This document shows positions 9,151 through 18,417 of a stretch of DNA of 64,000 nucleotides, in pieces. The position numbers and the translations under genes were made by a program. The DNA is from an uncultured Hyphomonas sp. (GTDB taxonomy: Bacteria > Pseudomonadota > Alphaproteobacteria > Caulobacterales > Hyphomonadaceae). Under the pieces are notes generated by a model. The model did not search any database and was not told where the DNA came from. It was given only the letters and a program-made list of their open reading frames with translations. The stretch covers positions 20,616-84,615 of the forward strand of contig CAYGKE010000004.1 in assembly GCA_964350465.1 (NCBI GenBank), written 5' to 3'. How positions within the stretch are numbered: the first letter of the stretch is position 1; each line of letters starts with the position of its first letter.

Positions 9151-10292
9151 TGTCTGACCTGCCTCTCAAGGGCATCCGTATCCTGTCAGTGGAGCAGTAT
9201 GGCGCCGGACCGTATGGCACCATGCTGCTCGCTGATCTCGGTGCCGAGGTGATCAAGATCGAGGACCCGTCGCGCGGCGGCGATGTCTCGCGCTCCGTTG
9301 GACCATACATGCTGGGGGAGGGCGATAGTGAATTCTTCCAGACATTCTCCTATGGAAAAAAATCGGTCGCGCTTGATCTCAAGTCAGCGGAAGGTCGCGC
9401 GAGATTTGAGGCACTGGTGAAAACCGCAGATGCCGTTTCCAATAACTTACGCGGCGACCAACCGGGCAAGCTCGGCCTGACTTATGAAGCGCTGAAAGCG
9501 ATCAATCCGAAAATTGTCTGCGCGCATCTGTCGGCCTATGGCCGCAAGTCTGAACGCGCTGCCTGGCCGGGTTATGATTATCTGATGCAGGCGGAAGCTG
9601 GCTTCATGTCGGTGACAGGCGAGCCGGATGGACCGCCTGTTCGCTTTGGCCTGTCCATGGTCGACTTTCATACCGGCAGCCAGATGGCGACGGCATTGCT
9701 GGCCGGTATTCTTGGCGCGAGCCGGACCGGCGAAGGCTGCGATCTCGACGTCTGCCTGTTTGATACAGCGCTGCACCAGCTGTCTTATCCCGGCACCTGG
9801 TATCTCAATCAGGGCCATATTACCGGCCGCCTACCGCGCGGAAGTCATCCGGCGATCACGCCAAGCCAGACGGTCAAAACCAAGGATGGTTGGGGTCTGC
9901 TAATGTGCCAGACACCGAAATTCTGGTTGCTCTGGTGCGAGCTCGCAGGGGCGCAGCACCTCAATGAAGATAAGCGCTTTTCATCGATCCCGAAACGGCG
10001 TGAGAACCTCACAGCCCTCAGTGATGCGGTCGATGCAGTGATGATGGCGAAGACCACTGAAGAGTGGATGCAGGTGCTTGGCGGGCATGTGCCCTTCGCG
10101 CCAGTATTGGATGTCGCTGAGGCACTAGATAATCCGTATGTCGCAAGCGTTGAGATGACCTCGCGCGTCGATCACCCGAATACCGATACCGGCTTGCGCG
10201 CACTGTCTTCCCCTTTCCGCGTCAATGGCGATCGGCCAAAGCTCACACGCGCACCAAAGATGGGTGAACATTCAGATGAGTTGCTAAAATGA
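9150..10292 (+). CDS. Class III CoA-transferase (CaiB/BaiF)
   Basis: LADLGAEVIKIE, GKKSVALDLK, catalytic Asp in MVDFHTG. Confidence 0.9.
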   Translation: MSDLPLKGIRILSVEQYGAGPYGTMLLADLGAEVIKIEDPSRGGDVSRSVGPYMLGEGDSEFFQTFSYGKKSVALDLKSAEGRARFEALVKTADAVSNNLRGDQPGKLGLTYEALKAINPKIVCAHLSAYGRKSERAAWPGYDYLMQAEAGFMSVTGEPDGPPVRFGLSMVDFHTGSQMATALLAGILGASRTGEGCDLDVCLFDTALHQLSYPGTWYLNQGHITGRLPRGSHPAITPSQTVKTKDGWGLLMCQTPKFWLLWCELAGAQHLNEDKRFSSIPKRRENLTALSDAVDAVMMAKTTEEWMQVLGGHVPFAPVLDVAEALDNPYVASVEMTSRVDHPNTDTGLRALSSPFRVNGDRPKLTRAPKMGEHSDELLK

Positions 10293-11458
10293 AGCTGGAC
10301 GGCGTCAAAGTCCTCGATCTTTCGGCTTTCCTGCCGGGGCCGCACATGACGATGATGATGGCTGACCATGGTGCCGACGTGATCATGATCGAACCAGCTA
10401 ACGGCGTTGGCGAGCCAACCCGCCAGATTGGCGAGAAAACCGCGGACGGCGTTTCGGTGTGGTTTCGCAATATTGCCCGCGGCAAGCGTAGCTTGAAACT
10501 GAACCTCAAGGATGAAGACGGCCGTGCGCTCTTCTATCGTCTGGCGGATCAGGCAGATGTCGTGCTCGAGGCGTTCAGGCCAGGCGTCGTCAAGCGTCTT
10601 GGCGTTGATTATGAGACTGTATCAGCGCGCAATCCACGTATCGTTTACTGCTCGATTTCGGCCTTTGGCCAGGACAGTTCGCTGGCCCACAAACCCTCAC
10701 ACGATACGGGCGTGCAAGCGTTGGCGGGGCTGATCGACCTCAATCGCGGGCTAGAGGATGATAAGCCGGCCATGCCGAGCATCCCTTTTGCTGATGCCGG
10801 GGCCTCCCTCATGGCGCTCTCGGCAGTTTTGATGGCGCTCTACCGGCGCGAGAAAACCGGTCGAGGCGACTATATCGACATGGCGATGTATGACGCTGCG
10901 ATTGCCTGGACCCCGAACGTATTGGGACCAGTCTTCGCCAGGGACGAACATCGTGAGCCAAAACAAATGCGCAGTTTTGGTGGCTCCGCTCTGACCAATC
11001 TTTACGAAACTTCGGATGGAGAGTTCATCGCATTCAGTGGGCCAGAACTGAAATTCGCAACCAATCTTCTAAGCGCGCTTGGCCGCCCTGATCTCATAGA
11101 GATCGTCAAGCTTGAGCCAGGCCCTGATCAGGTCCCGTTGCGCGCGTATTTGACAGCCACTTTCAAGTCCAAGCCTCTAGCGCATTGGCAAGCGTTTCTG
11201 GAGCCGCTTGACTGCGCCTGGTCGTGGGTACGTAGCCTGAAGGATGCTTTCGATGATCCGTTCACGGCAGAACGCGGCATGGTTTTTACCGATACTCAGG
11301 GCCATCGCCATATCGGCCCACCGATCAAGTTCAGAGATGAACCACCAAAGCCGGACACTCGCGTCCCTGGCTTCGGGGAAGACAGCCAGGCCATTGCTGA
11401 CGAGGCCGGACTTACCCCCGAAGCCATTGCCGGCCTCAAAGCCAAAGGAGTGATCTGA
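10289..11458 (+). CDS. Class III CoA-transferase (CaiB/BaiF), second paralogue
   Basis: GVKVLDLS, DHGADVIMIE, EAFRPGV, FADAGAS. Confidence 0.9.
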   Translation: MKLDGVKVLDLSAFLPGPHMTMMMADHGADVIMIEPANGVGEPTRQIGEKTADGVSVWFRNIARGKRSLKLNLKDEDGRALFYRLADQADVVLEAFRPGVVKRLGVDYETVSARNPRIVYCSISAFGQDSSLAHKPSHDTGVQALAGLIDLNRGLEDDKPAMPSIPFADAGASLMALSAVLMALYRREKTGRGDYIDMAMYDAAIAWTPNVLGPVFARDEHREPKQMRSFGGSALTNLYETSDGEFIAFSGPELKFATNLLSALGRPDLIEIVKLEPGPDQVPLRAYLTATFKSKPLAHWQAFLEPLDCAWSWVRSLKDAFDDPFTAERGMVFTDTQGHRHIGPPIKFRDEPPKPDTRVPGFGEDSQAIADEAGLTPEAIAGLKAKGVI

Positions 11459-11910
11459 TGCCAATCTATCCAAAGGACATGTTTGCCGCGACGCGAGCAC
11501 ACGAGGGTATTTGGGAAGGGACCTACACGCACATTGACGCTGACGCGCAGATCGAAGATCAGCACCGCACCCGGGTTGTCTGCGAGTTTCCTGACGATGG
11601 CGGCGATGTCTTCTATCGCCAACACATTCACTTCATGTGGGATGATGGCCGCACGCGCGATGACATGTTCGAAGGCATCCCGCGAGATGACAAGCTCTGG
11701 TATGACACACCGGCTTTCAAGGGACCGAGCTGGGAAACCCATGATGGTCTGATCATGCTCAATCTGCAACGTAAGGATGAGCCTGGGTCAAACTTCTTTG
11801 AAGTGATCATGATGGGTGATACCGGCAAACATCGCGCACGGACCTGGCACTGGTTCAGGGATGGCAAGCTGTATCGCCGTACACTTTGTAACGAGACGAG
11901 AGTTGGCTAA
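11458..11910 (+). CDS. DUF3598-like beta-barrel protein
   Basis: HEGIWEGTY start, all-beta pattern, RARTWHWF...RTLCNETR end; translationally coupled. Confidence 0.55.
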   Translation: MPIYPKDMFAATRAHEGIWEGTYTHIDADAQIEDQHRTRVVCEFPDDGGDVFYRQHIHFMWDDGRTRDDMFEGIPRDDKLWYDTPAFKGPSWETHDGLIMLNLQRKDEPGSNFFEVIMMGDTGKHRARTWHWFRDGKLYRRTLCNETRVG

Positions 11911-12285
11911 CTATCCAGCATGCTGATCAAGTAGGATCTGGTTTCCATCCGGATCAACAATCATGCAGGAGCCGGGCCCGGACCCGGCCTCGTCGACTTC
12001 GCTGACCGGCGTAATTCCGCTGGCTTTCAGACGCTTTTGAATGTCGCGCACATCTTCGAATGAATCCAGCGGCTGTGCGTCAGCGTCCCAGCCCGGATTG
12101 AAAGTCAGGATGTTCTTCTCAAACATGCCTTGGAACAGGCCAATCGTCGCTGTGGGTGATTTCAGGATGGCCCAGTTGTGAGCGGTCTGGTCATGATACA
12201 TCGAAAAGCCCAATGTCTCGTAGAACTTGATCGAGGCAGTCAGGTCTTTCACAGCAAGGCTGACGGAAAAATTTCCAAGCGACAT
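11911..12285 (-). CDS. VOC family protein
   Basis: SLAVKDLTASIKFYETLGF; DPDGNQILLDQH. Confidence 0.85.
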   Translation of the reverse strand: MSLGNFSVSLAVKDLTASIKFYETLGFSMYHDQTAHNWAILKSPTATIGLFQGMFEKNILTFNPGWDADAQPLDSFEDVRDIQKRLKASGITPVSEVDEAGSGPGSCMIVDPDGNQILLDQHAG

Positions 12286-12302
12286 GGGCAGGCTCCTGTT
12301 TT

Positions 12303-13019
12303 CTAACCGCGGGTGCGGTCAAGGCGCATTTCATACGCGAAACGGCCAGCCGGGTGAAGGCTCTCTGAAAACAGGATGATTTTACCCTTGCTGTCGCGGT
12401 AACGACGGACCGTTCTGAGTGCGGGAAAGCCTTGATCGGTGCCTAGCCGTTTGGCTTGGCTGGCATTGAGTGCCACGGCTTCCATACGCTGCACGACGCG
12501 ATCTACGCCGACGCCATGCTTATCCTCGATCCACTCTGATATCGAGCCGGACAAACCCTCGATGGTCTCGCGGTCAGGGGAAAGATCACTTCGAATATAG
12601 ACGGCCGTGATAGCCTGAGGTGCCTGGTCCTTAACCCGTCTGAATCCGATCAGCTGCTTGTAAGCGCCGGTTAGGCCAAGCCGGTCCAGTGTTTCATCGT
12701 CAGCATCTTGCATGACCGTAACTTCGAACTGGGAGTCTCGGGCATATTGCAGGATCGAGTCGAAGTCGCCGATCGGTTGGGCGAAGGCCGGTGCAGATGC
12801 TGCGGAGACAACTGTTCCTGCGCCCCGGCGGCGCTCGATCCTGCCTTCTTCGACAAGGATCCTAAGTGCATCACGCGCGGTATGCCGAGACACCGAATAG
12901 GTCTCGCAAATCTCCATTTCCGTCGGCAGCGCGTCGCCCGGTTTCAGCTTGCCATTCACAATCTGAGCCCGGAACTTGTCAGCCATTTCCCGGTAGCGTG
13001 GTTGTTTCGGCTTAGCCAT
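12303..13019 (-). CDS. GntR family regulator (HutC subfamily, UTRA domain) #1
   Basis: PRY..MAD, LPTEMEI, VSRHTARDAL wHTH; C-terminal UTRA. Confidence 0.9.
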   Translation of the reverse strand: MAKPKQPRYREMADKFRAQIVNGKLKPGDALPTEMEICETYSVSRHTARDALRILVEEGRIERRRGAGTVVSAASAPAFAQPIGDFDSILQYARDSQFEVTVMQDADDETLDRLGLTGAYKQLIGFRRVKDQAPQAITAVYIRSDLSPDRETIEGLSGSISEWIEDKHGVGVDRVVQRMEAVALNASQAKRLGTDQGFPALRTVRRYRDSKGKIILFSESLHPAGRFAYEMRLDRTRG

Positions 13020-14284
13020 TACATTGCTTTCCTGATTGCCGCCCAGTCGCTGGCAAGATGATCTCGGTGCGCTGGATCGGCGATAGAGATAAGTGACTTG
13101 GCGCGCTGGTCCAGCGATTTGTGAGCTAGGCTGGCGATCCCGTGCTCTGTGACCACAGTGTCGATATCGGCTCGCGTAATGGAGGTGGCATCTGGTGCCA
13201 GGCGAGGGACGATGCGGCTGATGCTCCCGCCTTTTGCGGTTGAGGTGAGCGCGATAATCCCTCGCCCCTGTGGTGAAGCTGCGGCGCCGCGCAGGAAATC
13301 GACCAGACCACCCGTGCCCGAGACCTGTCGCCCGCCGATGAATTCTGCGTTGACCTGGCCGAAAAGGTCGATCTCGATACAGGAATTGATCGCTTTGAGT
13401 TTGGGAATGGCGGCCAGTGTTGTGATCGAATGCGTATAGCTGACGGGCTGAAAGCGAATGCGGCGATCATGCGCGGCGCGCGCGTACAGCGTGTCAGTTC
13501 CGATCGCGACCCCGGTTGTAATTGCGCTTGGATAGTCAGCGATGGCCCCCGCATCGAGTAGGCCCAGTATAGGGTCAGAGATCATGCCAGCATGGATGCG
13601 CAGGTCGCGGCGATCACGCAGCGCTTCAAGGACCGCTTGCTGAACATTGCCAAGCCCGAATTGCAACGTGTCGCCATCGTCAATCAGTGATGCGATGTGT
13701 CTGCCAATCGAGGCGAAGGCAGGCGGCAAGCTTTTAGGTGGAACCTGAACCAGCGGCGTATCGTCCTCAGCAACATGTGTAAAGCGCGATAGTGGGACAT
13801 GTGGTGCATCTTGCGGCGTTTTCAGATGCGGGTTGATCACGGCCATACAGCGCACATCCTGTCGCTCCAGAACGGCACCGGCAAAATCAGACGAGACACC
13901 AAGGCTGACACGGTTGCCAGCGTCAGGCGGGCTGACCATGATGATTGCGCCATGCAGGGGCGTTGTCTCCAGCCATGTCCAGCTTTGCGTATAACTAAGC
14001 GGCAGAAAGTCGGTTTTGCCAGCTTCGAAACTGCCGCGTAGTGCTGGCGAGAGAAAAATGCTTTCTGCCCTCGCATCCTCGTGCAGGTTTGCCCAATCCG
14101 TCTGGTTGACACCTGGGATCCATATCCCGAGAAAAGTCACACCCGCAGCAAGCTGAGGCACTTGCCTGAACGCGTCCGCGACGGCCAACGGCTCACCGCT
14201 ACAGCCGCCAACATATAGCCTTGCTTTGCCTGGCAGGCTCAAACGGAACTCTTTTAGCGTGGATAAGAGCGGCGGATGCGTCAT
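13019..14284 (-). CDS. Acetyl-CoA hydrolase/transferase family (4-hydroxybutyrate CoA-transferase/RipA-like)
   Basis: DGDTLQFGLG, EIDLFGQVNAE, GTGGLVDF, VVTEHG. Confidence 0.88.
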   Translation of the reverse strand: MTHPPLLSTLKEFRLSLPGKARLYVGGCSGEPLAVADAFRQVPQLAAGVTFLGIWIPGVNQTDWANLHEDARAESIFLSPALRGSFEAGKTDFLPLSYTQSWTWLETTPLHGAIIMVSPPDAGNRVSLGVSSDFAGAVLERQDVRCMAVINPHLKTPQDAPHVPLSRFTHVAEDDTPLVQVPPKSLPPAFASIGRHIASLIDDGDTLQFGLGNVQQAVLEALRDRRDLRIHAGMISDPILGLLDAGAIADYPSAITTGVAIGTDTLYARAAHDRRIRFQPVSYTHSITTLAAIPKLKAINSCIEIDLFGQVNAEFIGGRQVSGTGGLVDFLRGAAASPQGRGIIALTSTAKGGSISRIVPRLAPDATSITRADIDTVVTEHGIASLAHKSLDQRAKSLISIADPAHRDHLASDWAAIRKAM

Positions 14285-14346
14285 TTATTCCTGTCTTGGG
14301 TTAGTTTTCGGGTTCACTCAAGCTTGTAACTTATGCTAGCACAATA

Positions 14347-14362
14347 AAATGTCCGGACAAAT
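14347..14362. promoter_or_regulatory. Operator B copy 2 (AAATGTCCGGACAAAT)
   Basis: 14/16 match to copy 1, in the divergent gap between the CoA-transferase/GntR#1 operon and the prpD operon; next to a TAAAAT -10-like hexamer. Confidence 0.7.
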
Positions 14363-15650
14363 GCAATCACAAACGATCTTGCAATCCCTGGCCAAGCATT
14401 TGGCACGGCCTGTGGATATTGCGACGGTCGACCGTGCGCGATTGCATCTGACTGACTGGATCGGGTGTGCGGTTGCCGGAGCAAAAGAGGTGCCGGGCGA
14501 GGTGCTGCGGCGCACCAAGGGGCAGGGCCGAAGCGGGGATGCCTTTTACTGGGGCGGTTTAGGCAATATTCTTGAAATGGATGATGTTGACAAACGCGCC
14601 ATCCTGCATCCCGGACCAGCTATTATTCCTGCCGTTTTGGCGCTTGCCGAAGGTCACAATGGCAACGCACTGTTGACTGCCATCGTTCGCGGTTATGAGG
14701 CGACGATTAGGCTCGGCCGCGCGGTCGGGCTGAGCCATTACGCTTTTTGGCATAGTACAGGCACGTGCGGGTCGATCGGAGCTGCCGCCGCATCTGCCAG
14801 CCTTCTTGAACTCGATGAAGAACAGACTGCTCAGGCCATGGCGCTCGCCCTGAGCCAGGCCGCAGGTCTATGGCAAACCCGGCACGAGACCTTCAGTATG
14901 GGCAAGCAATTGCACACGGCCCATGCGGCGCGGGCAGGGCTTGAAGCGGCTGAACTGGCAGCTGCGAGTTTCAAGGGACCATTGTCGATCCTTGAGGGCG
15001 AGCAGGGCTTTTTTGCCGCCATGTGCCAGGGCGCAAATCCACACACTGTGTTGGCTGAGTATGAAAGCGACTGGCTGATCCATGATGTCAGCTTCAAACC
15101 GTGGCCCGCTTGTCGGCATGCCCACCCAACCATTGATGCGGCGCTTGAACTTGCTGGCCAGATTGAAGACGCAGGCAGTGACAAGATCGACGTGCGCACC
15201 TATGGGGATGCCTTGAAATTCTGTGACCGGCCTAACCCTCAAACACCGCATCAGGCGAAGTTTTCATTACAGCATGTAGTTGCCATTTGTCTGACGCGAG
15301 GCGCGCCGCAGCTTGAAGACTTTGAAATGGCGACGGTCCGCGATCCTGAGATTACCGATATCCGGGCCCGCGTGAGTGTCAGTGTCGGCGAACCCTATGC
15401 CTCGGCCTATCCCGATCGTTACGGTGCCGAAGTCTCGGCAGAGGGTAAAATTGCCAGAGTTCCGGATGCTTTGGGTGATCCGGAGAACCCCGTCACCGCT
15501 GAGCAAATTTATACCAAGGCTACAACACTTATGCAGGTTGGTGGTTTAGACGATGGCCAAGCCAAAGCGCTGATTGCGCAGGTCAATAACCTTGGCCCAA
15601 ACGACAGCGCCGCGAATCTGTTGAAGGCTGTGCGGGAGGCGCTGACATGA
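14361..15650 (+). CDS. MmgE/PrpD family protein #1
   Basis: LEMDDV...HPG, KQLHTAHAA, SFKPWPACRHAHP; start 14361 (or 14349). Confidence 0.88.
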   Translation: MQSQTILQSLAKHLARPVDIATVDRARLHLTDWIGCAVAGAKEVPGEVLRRTKGQGRSGDAFYWGGLGNILEMDDVDKRAILHPGPAIIPAVLALAEGHNGNALLTAIVRGYEATIRLGRAVGLSHYAFWHSTGTCGSIGAAAASASLLELDEEQTAQAMALALSQAAGLWQTRHETFSMGKQLHTAHAARAGLEAAELAAASFKGPLSILEGEQGFFAAMCQGANPHTVLAEYESDWLIHDVSFKPWPACRHAHPTIDAALELAGQIEDAGSDKIDVRTYGDALKFCDRPNPQTPHQAKFSLQHVVAICLTRGAPQLEDFEMATVRDPEITDIRARVSVSVGEPYASAYPDRYGAEVSAEGKIARVPDALGDPENPVTAEQIYTKATTLMQVGGLDDGQAKALIAQVNNLGPNDSAANLLKAVREALT

Positions 15651-17020
15651 CGGATATGGTATCTGCCTTTGTTCACCATGGTCTGACGGCGCGCTATGAA
15701 GCCATGCCCGAGGCGGCGCGTATAGCTGCTCAAACCTATCTACTGGATTCACTTGGCGTCGGGATTGCCGGGGCCGTCGTTCCGTTGACGCATAATGTAC
15801 GTGCGTCGGCGGCTGAGTGGGCCGGTTCCGGCGACGCCTGGGTCTGGGGTCAGGGCAGCTTTCAGACAACACCGGCTAATGCTGCTTTTATCAATGGCTT
15901 TCAGATTCATTGTCAGGAGTTTGACTGCGTTCACGAGCCCGCTGTTGTGCATCCAATGGCGACGATTCTTGCAGCCATCATGGCCGAAGTGGACGGTAGC
16001 AATGCGAAGGTCAGCGGCAAGGAGCTCGCAATGGCGCTAGTCGTTGCGGCAGACCTCGCCACTGGTATCGGTGTGTCAGTAACCAGCCCGATCAAATTCT
16101 TCCGCCCTGCCAATGCCGGCATCTTTGGTGCGACACTCGGTATCTCGCGGTTGCGTAGCTTCACTGCAGAGCAGACAAAAGACGCACTCGGCTATGCGCT
16201 GGCTTTCTGTTCCGGCACCATGCAGGCGCATGTCGAAGGCAAACCTGCTCTACCGATCCAGATTGGAAATGCCGCACGCGGCGCGATCATGGCGTGCGAT
16301 CTTGCCCGCAATGGCATACCGGGTCCGCATGACAGTCTGGAAGGTCCGTTTGGTTATTTCAACTTGTTTGAGGATGAATCTAATCCCACAGAAGTAATCG
16401 CGTCACTCGGCAAGACCTGGCGAATTGCCGAGGTCAGCCACAAACCCTTCCCCACCGGCCGAGCCGCGCAGGGCGGTATCGTCCTGATGCAAAAACTCCG
16501 CGAGCAGGGCACGCGCGCTGATGATATCCAAAAGATAACGCTGACGGCACCGCCAATTATCAAACGTCTGGTTGGACGCCCTCTGAAAGCTGGTATGGGC
16601 GTCAATTATGCCCGGCTCTGTTTTCAGTATTCCGGTGCCGTAGCGCTGATAAGCGGCAATGTCGGCCTGGATGACTTCAGTGAAGCGGCACTGCGCGACC
16701 CGGATGTTCACGCGCTTGGCCAGAAGATCGAAGTGATTGATGATGGTTCAACAAACCCCGCTGCCTTTAAGCCGCAAGTTGCGGTTGCGACGCTTAAAGA
16801 CGGCCGCTTGGTCGAGGCGCGGATTGATGCGCTCTATGGGTCGCCATCTGATCCGATGACGCATGAGGCGCATCTCACCAAGTTCCGTGCCTGTGTCGAT
16901 TTCGGGTTTGGCGCCCCAAGATCAGACATCGCTGCAAGACTCATTGCGCTCACCGAAACACTCGAAACCCTTGAGGATGCGCGCATCCTCTCCCGACTAT
17001 CTGCTGGACAGGAGGCCTGA
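15647..17020 (+). CDS. MmgE/PrpD family protein #2
   Basis: QEFDCVHEPAVVHP, LEGPFGYF, HKPFPTGR, GSPSDPM. Confidence 0.88.
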   Translation: MTDMVSAFVHHGLTARYEAMPEAARIAAQTYLLDSLGVGIAGAVVPLTHNVRASAAEWAGSGDAWVWGQGSFQTTPANAAFINGFQIHCQEFDCVHEPAVVHPMATILAAIMAEVDGSNAKVSGKELAMALVVAADLATGIGVSVTSPIKFFRPANAGIFGATLGISRLRSFTAEQTKDALGYALAFCSGTMQAHVEGKPALPIQIGNAARGAIMACDLARNGIPGPHDSLEGPFGYFNLFEDESNPTEVIASLGKTWRIAEVSHKPFPTGRAAQGGIVLMQKLREQGTRADDIQKITLTAPPIIKRLVGRPLKAGMGVNYARLCFQYSGAVALISGNVGLDDFSEAALRDPDVHALGQKIEVIDDGSTNPAAFKPQVAVATLKDGRLVEARIDALYGSPSDPMTHEAHLTKFRACVDFGFGAPRSDIAARLIALTETLETLEDARILSRLSAGQEA

Positions 17021-17022
17021 CC

Positions 17023-18417
17023 TTGGCTGCTCAACACAAGACCTATTTTAATTCCGTCGATTGGAATGCCCTGCAAAAGGATCACCCCATTGGTGACGAT
17101 TTCCTGGCCTTTGCCAAGAAGAGCAAAGACGAGATCCGCACGCATCAGGAACGGTTATTTGCGCGTTGCGTGGACCGGGCCTGGAAAGTCCCGTTCTATC
17201 AGAGACTCTGGGGCGAAGCCGGGGTCGAGCCGGGTGACATCAAGGGTCTGGAGACACTGCCTCAGCTTCCGGTATTCGACAAATCAGACATCATGGCGTC
17301 AATCGCCCGCACACCGCCGCTTGGCGATTTCTCCGGGTTCGAAAGCCATAAAGACGGCCGCCCACCGGTCATCATGCATACGACATCCGGCACGACTGGC
17401 ACACCGCAAGTGCTGCTGTTTGGGGCGAAATCGCGTGAAGCACAGAACCTGCTGCTCGGGCGTCTTTACCGCTTTCAGGGTCTGCGCCCGGATGATGTCG
17501 TCCACTCGGTCTATGGTCATGGCATGATCAATGGTGGTCACTATGTCCGCGAAAGCGTCATTCACTGGACCAGCGCGATTTTCATGTCGGCGGGCACAGG
17601 TGTCGAAACGCGCTCTGTTCGTCAGGTCGAGCTGATGCGAGACTTTGGGGCGACCGTGATTGTCGGTTTTGCCGACTATATCAAGAAGCTCGCCAAGGTT
17701 GCTGCCGAACAAGGCATCGATCCCGTCAAGGATCTCAAAATCCGCATGGTATCCGGTCATCTTGGCCGCGAGGACAAGCAAGGCCTGTCGCAGTCCTGGG
17801 GTGGGGTCGAATGCTATGACTGGTACGGCGTTGGCGATACCGGCTGTATTGCCGGTGAAGGCCCGGACCGGGACGGTCTCTATGTCATGGAGGACGCGCA
17901 ATATCTTGAGGTTTGCGGCATTGAGGACGGCCTTCCCGTTGCCGAGGGTGAGTCAGGCGACATGGTCTGCACCTGTCTCTACAAGGATGACATTTATCCG
18001 ATCATTCGCTTCAACACACACGATGTGACCAAGGTGAAGACTGGTAACTCATCACTGGGTCTGAACTTCAAGCGCATTGAAGGCTTTCTTGGTCGTTCAG
18101 ATAATATGGTGAAGATCCGAGGCATCAATATCTTCCCGCAGGCCATGGGCCCACTGCTTGAGGAGGTCGACAGCTTTGCTGGCGAGTTTATCTGCAAGGC
18201 TGAGCGTGATGCTTCAGGCCGCGACGAGTTCATCGTCTGCGCCGAAGTGAACGGCCCGCGCGGTGACAGTGAGGTCAGCAAATTCAAGGCGTTTCTAAAA
18301 CAGAAGATCGGCATCGATTGCGGCGTTGAACTCTCAGGTCCGGGCGAGCTTTCCGCTCTGACCCAGACTGAAGTGCGCCAGAAACCCATCCGCCTGATCG
18401 ATGAGCGTTTTAAGTGA
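17023..18417 (+). CDS. Phenylacetate-CoA ligase-like (PaaK-type) adenylate-forming enzyme
   Basis: TTSGTTGTP P-loop, DWYGVGDTG, GRSDNMVKIRGINIFP; TTG start after GGAGG. Confidence 0.82.
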   Translation: MAAQHKTYFNSVDWNALQKDHPIGDDFLAFAKKSKDEIRTHQERLFARCVDRAWKVPFYQRLWGEAGVEPGDIKGLETLPQLPVFDKSDIMASIARTPPLGDFSGFESHKDGRPPVIMHTTSGTTGTPQVLLFGAKSREAQNLLLGRLYRFQGLRPDDVVHSVYGHGMINGGHYVRESVIHWTSAIFMSAGTGVETRSVRQVELMRDFGATVIVGFADYIKKLAKVAAEQGIDPVKDLKIRMVSGHLGREDKQGLSQSWGGVECYDWYGVGDTGCIAGEGPDRDGLYVMEDAQYLEVCGIEDGLPVAEGESGDMVCTCLYKDDIYPIIRFNTHDVTKVKTGNSSLGLNFKRIEGFLGRSDNMVKIRGINIFPQAMGPLLEEVDSFAGEFICKAERDASGRDEFIVCAEVNGPRGDSEVSKFKAFLKQKIGIDCGVELSGPGELSALTQTEVRQKPIRLIDERFK

